This document shows, piece after piece, positions 57,240 to 64,000 of a stretch of 64,000 nucleotides of DNA. This DNA comes from Tetramitus jugosus. Lineage: Eukaryota; Protista; Heterolobosea. How positions within the stretch are numbered: position 1 is the first letter of the stretch; every line of letters starts with the position of its first letter. A model generated the notes under the pieces. That model ran no database searches, was not told where the DNA came from, and worked only from the letters and a program-made list of their open reading frames with translations. Both the position numbers and the translations under genes were made by a program. The stretch covers positions 124,001 to 188,000 of the forward strand of contig OW569373.1 in assembly GCA_937625935.1 (NCBI GenBank), read 5' to 3'.

Positions 57240-58298
57240 ATGGACGGACCTTCAATCTTCCGATCCTCATACAATTTTGTCTGCAGAAAAAGAGCCAATG
57301 TGGTAGGAGCAATGGAAACTCTAATTGACATGAAGAATGAAAGTGAAGCCTTGAAGAAGTGTAAACATCCAGGTGTTCTTGAGTTCAGAGGTGTATGCCT
57401 TGATCAAAACGAGTTATGGATCATAACTGAATACGTGAATGGAACAGACTTGAACACTTTTCTCCATCAAAAGAAGGAAGAACTCTCCGAAGGTGATATT
57501 CTGGACATATGTTCTCAGATAAGTACAGCTGTGGCTTACATGCATCAACAACACTTTATTCATAGAGACCTCAAGAGCTCGAATATTTTGATTCGAAAAT
57601 CGGATACTGGATATCAGATAAAGGTTGCTGATTTTGGTATTGCTAGAGAGATTGATTGGTCAAAGATGAGTTGGGCCAAGTATGAGAATGTCAATTCGGT
57701 CGGCAATTTGAGCTCGGAAGCAGGTACCCTTCTGTGGATGTGTCCTGAAGTGTTCTTTGGCGAGGACTATGACGAAAAGTGTGATGTTTATAGTTTTGGT
57801 ATGGTATTGTATGAGATCATTACTGGTGAGTATCCTTACTCACCCACGATTTCAAAGGATGAACTTGCCGAAATCCTGAAGTCTGGAGGTCGATTGTTCC
57901 AATTCAATCCTGACTCCTCCGCCTACCAAAGAATGAACCGAGTATCAATATCCCTTACTGAGCTTGTCAAATCGTGCGTCAGTGCAGAAAAAGACAATAG
58001 ACCAGAATTTGCTCTTATCATGAGTCGACTGGAGCGGATGAAGATGGAATATTGTGAGCGAAAAGAAATAGAAGTGGTGACCCAATCATCGCTCGAGGAA
58101 TCTCAAGCAAGACAGATGGATGAAGAGTTGCATCTTGCATTGGAGATCTCTCGTTTCACTGCTGAGGAAAGAGAATTTGGACAGAAAAAGGTTCAAGTTC
58201 GTGTTCTTCTTGGACTTACTGACGAAGATGTAGTCAATTCCTTGCTTACAATTTTTAACGGAGATGTGGGTCGAATCGTAAATCACTACTTCAATTGA
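57240..58298 (+). CDS. B2: TKL kinase lacking subdomains I-II, with UIM and UBA-like tail (separate gene, exon of B1, or pseudogene)
   Basis: HPGVL, HRDLKSSN, DFG, GTLLWMCPE, DVYSFG; UIM DEELHLALEIS; no Gly loop or VAIK seen upstream. Confidence 0.65.
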   Translation: MDGPSIFRSSYNFVCRKRANVVGAMETLIDMKNESEALKKCKHPGVLEFRGVCLDQNELWIITEYVNGTDLNTFLHQKKEELSEGDILDICSQISTAVAYMHQQHFIHRDLKSSNILIRKSDTGYQIKVADFGIAREIDWSKMSWAKYENVNSVGNLSSEAGTLLWMCPEVFFGEDYDEKCDVYSFGMVLYEIITGEYPYSPTISKDELAEILKSGGRLFQFNPDSSAYQRMNRVSISLTELVKSCVSAEKDNRPEFALIMSRLERMKMEYCERKEIEVVTQSSLEESQARQMDEELHLALEISRFTAEEREFGQKKVQVRVLLGLTDEDVVNSLLTIFNGDVGRIVNHYFN

Positions 58299-58419
58299 AC
58301 GTGCGAGCAGGATTCCTGCTGCAGAAAATAAAACTCAGATACCTTTCTCCGTTGTAGTAACAAACTTGTACAAGTTTTCCATTGCCGTTGTTGTAAACCG
58401 AAAAACAAAACAAAAGAAG

Positions 58420-59528
58420 ATGGGTTTTTTCAAGAAACTAGTAAGAAAGATCTTTGGTGGCCACAAGCATGTCTATCATGATAGCTCTGCTCAGCAAATT
58501 AAAGAAGCAGAAAGAAAGGCCAAGGAGGATTTTGAAACCAATGAGAGAAATCCAAAGTCAAGATGTCATTGAACGACAACGAATTGAGGCTCAATTAAGA
58601 CAAAGTATGACCAAACAAGTTGAACAAGAGTTTGCAAGGATTGTTCAAATCCGGGAAGAGGAGGTGAAGAGATTCGAGAAAGAACTAAAAAGAGAGATTG
58701 AAGAACAGCAGCAGCAGTATAGAATCGATGCCCAAGCTTTGCAAGTTGAACTAGGACAGTATTGCATTAATTTTGATGCCCTACAATTCTCAAAGAATCA
58801 AGATCAGATTGAATCGGGTGCGAGTGGAACAGTTTACAAAGGAAAGTACAATGGTCAATTTGTAGCCATAAAAGTGTATCACGGAGAAGCTGATTCAGAC
58901 GATACAATCCATAATTTGAAGCATGAAGTGAACGTTATAAAATCTCAAAATACCCTTCATACTCTCCAAAGAGTAGGCACTCCTGTGTACATGGCCAAAG
59001 GTATGTGGCTACGTTTCAACTTTGCTTTCAATCAACTCTGTACTAACCAACAATTCATCAGAGATGTTTAACACATACGTCAAGAAGCTCTCAAGTGAAG
59101 ATTATAAGAAAGTTGATATCTATGCATTTGGTATTCTCATGTATGAGATTCTAAGTGGACAAGTGCCCTTCTTCGAGAAACACTTTTCAGATATGTATGA
59201 ACTGAGAAGGCATATAGAGAATGGGGGAAGACCGTGTGTGGATCCTGGATGGTTACAGAGCATCATTGTATTGATGGAAGACTGTTGGGAAGAAAATGCC
59301 AATGACCGACCATGTTTCAAGCTCATTGCTCAAACTCTGCAAAGAATGATGAACAGTAATGATCGAGAGGTCTTAAACTGGTATGAGCAACAACCGAAAT
59401 CCAATTCAGCAACCAAGGAACAAAGACAGCCATCAACCTCAGCTCCACAACCTGTTGTTTTACACGCTCAGTTTGATGATGATTATGAACTGGCACTCGC
59501 TCTTCAAAGGTCAATGGTTGAGATGTAG
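58420..59528 (+). pseudogene. Kinase C: disrupted paralog of kinase A with C-terminal UIM
   Basis: Frameshift near 58540; subdomains I-III (ESGASGTV, VAIK, EV) join directly to VIII (GTPVYMAK|E), so HRD and DFG are absent; intron 59001-59061; UIM DDDYELALALQRS. Confidence 0.7.
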
Positions 59529-59579
59529 TTTGAATAAAAGCTCGGTTTTGCAAACAAGGGAGTTTTATCTTTGTAGAGT

Positions 59580-60893
59580 TTAGCATCCCAAGACAGACTT
59601 GGCTCTGTACCAGTACTTGTCACGGTCAGCCTTACCATTGTAACCACCATTGATTCTCAATGTAACAGCATCGAATCCAGCTTGAGTGTTCTGGTCAGCA
59701 TATTGGTTCAATGATCTAGTCTTCCAGTACCATGCAGCAACCTTGAATCCCCATGCTGGAGTAGCAGCAAGAGTTGGGTTACCTTCCAAATCGACACCCA
59801 AGTCTCTTCCAGCAGCTCTATAGTTGTTTCTTCCGGTCAATTGAATTGGACCTCTGCCCTTGTATCTTCTGCCATCACCTGGATAAATGTTACCCAAGTC
59901 TTTTCTACCTTCATAGGCATCACCAGATGCAATTTCTTCCATGTATCTGAACTCTGCAGATTCGTGAGCCAATTGGGCCAAGAATGCAGCCTTTCTTGGG
60001 CAAGTGGTAATACTTCCCCATTCCATGGCATTGTTCAAGTGACCAATGTATTCATTGGCAAGTCCAGCGCTCAAATTTGGCATCACAGCTCTCAATTGAC
60101 CAAGTGAGAGGAGACCGCCACCGCCGCCGCCACCACCACCAATCACTCTGACAAAGGCGCTAGCGACCCATCCTCCGCTGATTGAGTACCAAGTGTAACC
60201 ACAACCAGTAGCAGTTTGACCAGTGTAAGAAGCGGTTTGACCAGCGGCCAAGCTTCTCACAACAGCATGAGAGGTGCAAGGTCCAGCACGAACATTCAAT
60301 GCGTCAGTAGCTTGCAAGGAATCACCATTGGATGGACCACTGCTAATGACTTGAACAAAAGCACTGGCGACCCAACCTCCACTAATGGAATACCAAGTAT
60401 AGCCACAGCCAGATGAGCTTTGACCAGTGTAGCCAACTGTTTGACCAGCAGCCAAGCTTCTGACAACAGCATATGTGGTGCAAGGTCCAGAACGAACATT
60501 GAGAGCATCAGTTGCTCTCAATTGATCACCATTGGACAGAGCAGACATGGACATGGAATCAGCAAAAGCTTCTTCTTGTTGCTTTTGTTGTTTTTGTTGC
60601 TTCTTGTTCAACCATTTCTTGTTCAATTTTTTGGACAGCTTGTTCTCAAAGAGAGGTCTTGTTGGCTTTGCAATCACTTGCTTGGCAGCTTCAGCCTTTT
60701 GGATGGCTCCACTGAGTCTATTGAGGATTCTTTGTGAGACTTTGCCCTTCAAATTTTCTTGAGTAATTTGGTTGGCCTTGTTCACCAAGCGGTTAAGCTT
60801 TTGGGTTAGCTCTTGGTTGGAAGCGGCCTGACAAAAGGCCAAAACCAACAATAGAGCGACAGCTGCGATAGCAAGACTGATGCTTCTTCTCAT
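59580..60893 (-). CDS. Secreted glycoside hydrolase family 19 (endolysin/chitinase-like) with two SH3b-like repeats
   Basis: Signal peptide; two LNVRxGP..W..GWV repeats; Gly linker; AAFLAQLAHES, YKGRGPIQLTGRNNY, INGGYNG. Confidence 0.92.
   Translation of the reverse strand: MRRSISLAIAAVALLLVLAFCQAASNQELTQKLNRLVNKANQITQENLKGKVSQRILNRLSGAIQKAEAAKQVIAKPTRPLFENKLSKKLNKKWLNKKQQKQQKQQEEAFADSMSMSALSNGDQLRATDALNVRSGPCTTYAVVRSLAAGQTVGYTGQSSSGCGYTWYSISGGWVASAFVQVISSGPSNGDSLQATDALNVRAGPCTSHAVVRSLAAGQTASYTGQTATGCGYTWYSISGGWVASAFVRVIGGGGGGGGGLLSLGQLRAVMPNLSAGLANEYIGHLNNAMEWGSITTCPRKAAFLAQLAHESAEFRYMEEIASGDAYEGRKDLGNIYPGDGRRYKGRGPIQLTGRNNYRAAGRDLGVDLEGNPTLAATPAWGFKVAAWYWKTRSLNQYADQNTQAGFDAVTLRINGGYNGKADRDKYWYRAKSVLGC
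60142..60540 (-). repeat. Tandem ~204-bp intragenic duplication encoding SH3b-like domains
   Basis: Two ~65-aa units with high visible identity. Confidence 0.88.
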
Positions 60894-61219
60894 GATGATG
60901 ATGATAGGGTATGAAATAATAATATGTTTTTTTTGTGTGATGATGTTTTTCAAAAGCCAACTGGCTGACGCAATGTCGCCTTTTGACCATCATCCCGCCG
61001 GTGAACGACATCTGATGATAGGCGGTAGAAGCTTTTTTTGGTGTTCCGGCCGAGATTTTTGTTTTGTTCCTCACATCACATTGATCTTTGGTGGTGAAGG
61101 AATATCTATCGGATCATTTTGTAAAGAGGAGATCTCAGGTAGTTTTCTTTTCAGAGTAAAGCACTAGTCCAGGAGTTAAGTTCCGATCTCCCAATCAAAA
61201 CACTGAACGAACAAGAAAG

Positions 61220-61705
61220 ATGGTAGTGAGTACGAAAGGACGATACTTGATTGCTTCAACAGCAGCAACTAGCGCTTGCAAGGAGGCAGGGGTTGAATTA
61301 TCTCCTCATGTTCTTGATAAAGCTATGAAAGCGACAAAGAGTTCAAAGGGCTCCAAGAAGAGCTCTGTCATAAGAGCTGCTGTGAACGCCGCTGTGAATG
61401 CCTTGAAAGAGACTGACACAGCGCAAGTTCAGAATCTGGATCTGAATGCTCTTTCGGAACATGTTTCAACGGATACTCTAATTGCAGCAAATGATATACC
61501 AGATATTGTTTCAACTCTGGGAAGGCCAGGTGTTTGGCTATTACTGTCTGTTCTTGTATTGTTCTCATTGATCATTATCGTGTTTTGCATCACGATGTTA
61601 GCACAGAAGAGAGACCCCGTGGTCTACATACCTCTCCTGACATTTGTCATTGGTGCCTGGTTTCCATCTCCTCTGTCACTTGGAAAGAAACCACTACAGA
61701 CATAG
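61220..61705 (+). CDS. Small protein with C-terminal two-TM hairpin ending GAWFPSP
   Basis: 161-aa ORF with two hydrophobic helices. Confidence 0.7.
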   Translation: MVVSTKGRYLIASTAATSACKEAGVELSPHVLDKAMKATKSSKGSKKSSVIRAAVNAAVNALKETDTAQVQNLDLNALSEHVSTDTLIAANDIPDIVSTLGRPGVWLLLSVLVLFSLIIIVFCITMLAQKRDPVVYIPLLTFVIGAWFPSPLSLGKKPLQT

Positions 61706-61838
61706 TTCCATGTCAAAATTTCTCCGTCTTGTAAAAATAATTGAGGAAGTGGCTATGAATACAATCGTATCCTGCGAAACACTCCAGGATATTTAGTTGT
61801 TGAGTAGAGTTCTCCAAACTGGCAATTATTGAATAGAA

Positions 61839-62171
61839 ATGGTAGAAACACAAAACATGTCTTCGAGCCAACAAAATTGGAGAGAAGATAACTATGAAGA
61901 AATTGTAATCAAAGGAGAATATGAAGGAAAGGGTGGTCAATTAACACAAGAGGACGAAGAACTTCACAAGGGAGCTGAAGAGTTTCTGAAACAGATAGAG
62001 AAGCAGGATAATGTCTTCAACGAATTGAAAAAAGATATGGATCGCAGCGAGAGCGAGATGCAAGAATCAAACGAGTCACAAACCTGGACTCAAACAGCAA
62101 TGTCAACCTGTGAAGGTGTTGTGAATAGTATTGTCTCTTCTGTGACGGGTCAAAACAGTTCAGTATTGTAA
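61839..62171 (+). CDS. Small acidic hypothetical protein
   Basis: 110-aa ORF with AATAAA at the stop. Confidence 0.55.
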   Translation: MVETQNMSSSQQNWREDNYEEIVIKGEYEGKGGQLTQEDEELHKGAEEFLKQIEKQDNVFNELKKDMDRSESEMQESNESQTWTQTAMSTCEGVVNSIVSSVTGQNSSVL

Positions 62172-62266
62172 ATAAACACGTGACATTATTTGAAGTATGA
62201 ACAAAACTTGGTGCACTAATCATGAACATAAGTCACAGACGTTTATTACTATCATGTTCACCACGA

Positions 62267-64000
62267 CTAATGATGCCCATTCGTATTCGTGTTGTTCGTA
62301 TATGGTTGTTGTTGTGGTGATTGTTGTTGGTGCTGTGGATGATTATTGGACTGGATCCATATTGGATTATTGTGACTATTGTTTGCAGTTGCTCCTCTGG
62401 GCGAGGGAGACAAAGGAGGTAACATTCCTGCATTCATTCTTGGTGAACCCATCATTCCCCCATTTGCACCACCACTACCACTACCAATGCCATTAACCAT
62501 ATTTCCACCGTGAATACTGGATCCCATGTTTTCTGCACCCACCTGAGAAACTCTGCCTGGCGAATGAATATTGAGACTGTTGAAATTCAACTCTGCCACT
62601 TCATCAAGCTTACTCAATGGCGGTAAAAGTGGCACACCATTGTTATGGACATTATGACTCCGTGGTGACTGCGCATAAACACTAGGATTGTGATTACCAT
62701 TATTGCTACCATTATTATTACCATTGTTGTTATGATTATTCAAGTGATGATAATTGTTCACTTGAAGCATCGCTGCATGAGAGTTGCTGTTTTCAGTCAA
62801 TGGTGAAGTATTGGGTGAACTGCCACACACCAGTCCTCCATTATTACCATTATTGTTGCTCGTATTCTCACGCGGTGTTCCCAATGAATTCCTAGGAGAG
62901 GTCGTTGGCAGAGACCGTGGTGACATACTGGGCAAACTACGTGGCGAAATACTGGGTAGACTCCGCGGTGTGTTACTCGCCGAAGAACTACCAACAACAC
63001 TGTACATGGTGTTATCAATCTTGTAATTCTCAAGAGTGCACGACCTTCTTCTCAACTCCAACTCTCCTCCTCCTCCTCCTGTTGCAATACTAGGTGATGA
63101 ACAAGCAGAGGAAGGAGCAGAGGCAGAAGGTGTCGATGAAACTGAAGAAGGTGATTGATATGGATGATGCTGTTGAGATTGAAGGTGATGATGCAGACGT
63201 GGTGCCAATGACAATCGAGGAGAAATTTGTTGTTGTTGAGGCGTACCATGATTCAACACATGTTGTTCACTACCATTATTGTTGTTCGTGTTATGAGTAC
63301 CATTGCCAGGTGATGTAGGAGACGGTAGTGCATTACTCACATGACCAAAGTGACCAGAGCGTGGTCGAATCTTGTTTGTGTTAATGTGCATACTCATATT
63401 ATTGACAGTATTCACACCCGTGTTGTTGTTACTGTTACTGTTCATATTATTATTATTATTGTTGATACCTCTTGGAGAATTGACAGTGGTTTGTTGTTGT
63501 TGTTGTTGACTCGTCATGACATTGTTATGTTGAAAGCTTGATTCTTCAAAGGAGAATGATGATGGTGTCGGTGGTGTCGTAGGTGTTGTTGGAATAATGC
63601 CATGATTATTATTATTCGTATTGTTGCTATTGTTGTTGTTGTTGTTGTTGTTGTGAAGAGATTGATATTGATGACGACTGTGAGAAGAAGGATGGTGGTG
63701 ATGGTGATGATGATGATGATAGCTATGGTGATGTGAACGAATATGATGCTGCTGAGAATGGTGGTTACTACTGTGAGGAGTTGATGATGAATGAGGATGC
63801 AACTGATGAAGGTTATGATGTTGATGTTGTTGTGATGGTTGTTGCAGACCTTGATGTTGCTTCTGTTGCTGTTGTTGCTGTATTTGAGCTGCTTGACTCT
63901 CATTCAAAAAATTACTCCAGTACTTTTTGGTCAGGATTCGCTTTTTGCGAACAGTGCTGACACATCTGTCATGTAATCCCATTTTGGCACATCGATCACA
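62267..64000 (-). CDS. Second Zn(II)2Cys6 transcription factor (5' part outside the window), N/Q/H/S-rich
   Basis: Frame open to the window edge: CDRCAKMGLHDRCVSTVRKKRILTKKYW aligns with CERCVRLGTPEKCQSMERKKRKVTKKRW of the 31573 gene. Confidence 0.8.
   Translation of the reverse strand, partial: CDRCAKMGLHDRCVSTVRKKRILTKKYWSNFLNESQAAQIQQQQQQKQHQGLQQPSQQHQHHNLHQLHPHSSSTPHSSNHHSQQHHIRSHHHSYHHHHHHHHHPSSHSRHQYQSLHNNNNNNNNSNNTNNNNHGIIPTTPTTPPTPSSFSFEESSFQHNNVMTSQQQQQQTTVNSPRGINNNNNNMNSNSNNNTGVNTVNNMSMHINTNKIRPRSGHFGHVSNALPSPTSPGNGTHNTNNNNGSEQHVLNHGTPQQQQISPRLSLAPRLHHHLQSQQHHPYQSPSSVSSTPSASAPSSACSSPSIATGGGGGELELRRRSCTLENYKIDNTMYSVVGSSSASNTPRSLPSISPRSLPSMSPRSLPTTSPRNSLGTPRENTSNNNGNNGGLVCGSSPNTSPLTENSNSHAAMLQVNNYHHLNNHNNNGNNNGSNNGNHNPSVYAQSPRSHNVHNNGVPLLPPLSKLDEVAELNFNSLNIHSPGRVSQVGAENMGSSIHGGNMVNGIGSGSGGANGGMMGSPRMNAGMLPPLSPSPRGATANNSHNNPIWIQSNNHPQHQQQSPQQQPYTNNTNTNGHH

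Overview
Gene-dense eukaryotic (protist) nuclear DNA. It has short GT-AG introns, very short intergenic spacers, AATAAA signals close to stop codons and N/Q/H homopolymer-rich proteins. The gene content (fungal-type Zn2Cys6 factors, RGS-START fusion, many TKL kinases) suggests a Naegleria-like heterolobosean amoeba, which is an inference. About 35 protein genes are recognisable, including GTPBP1, DBT (BCKDH E2), an N-acylated Rab, kinesin-8, ENOPH1, a ~3835-aa HECT ligase, CK1, a PCTAIRE CDK, TSR2, an M3A oligopeptidase, an NDR kinase, a GNAT, a TPR protein, YbaK/ProX, a PIG-L deacetylase and an SH3b-GH19 lysin, plus one tRNA-Asn(GTT) gene. The top finding is at 38.7-39.55 kb: a stack of 5'-truncated, polyadenylated non-LTR retrotransposon fragments inserted sequentially at -44 and -46 nt upstream of the tRNA gene. 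They have exact 15-bp target-site duplications and their 5' ends face the tRNA, which implies a tRNA-gene-targeted LINE system analogous to Dictyostelium TRE5. The second finding is at 54.0-59.5 kb: a compact cluster of coiled-coil TKL kinases/pseudokinase with C-terminal ubiquitin-binding motifs, containing a head-to-head kinase/pseudokinase pair and decaying copies. It lies next to a bacterial-type lysin and a virus-like small membrane protein. All calls come from reading motifs by eye; no database searches were run.
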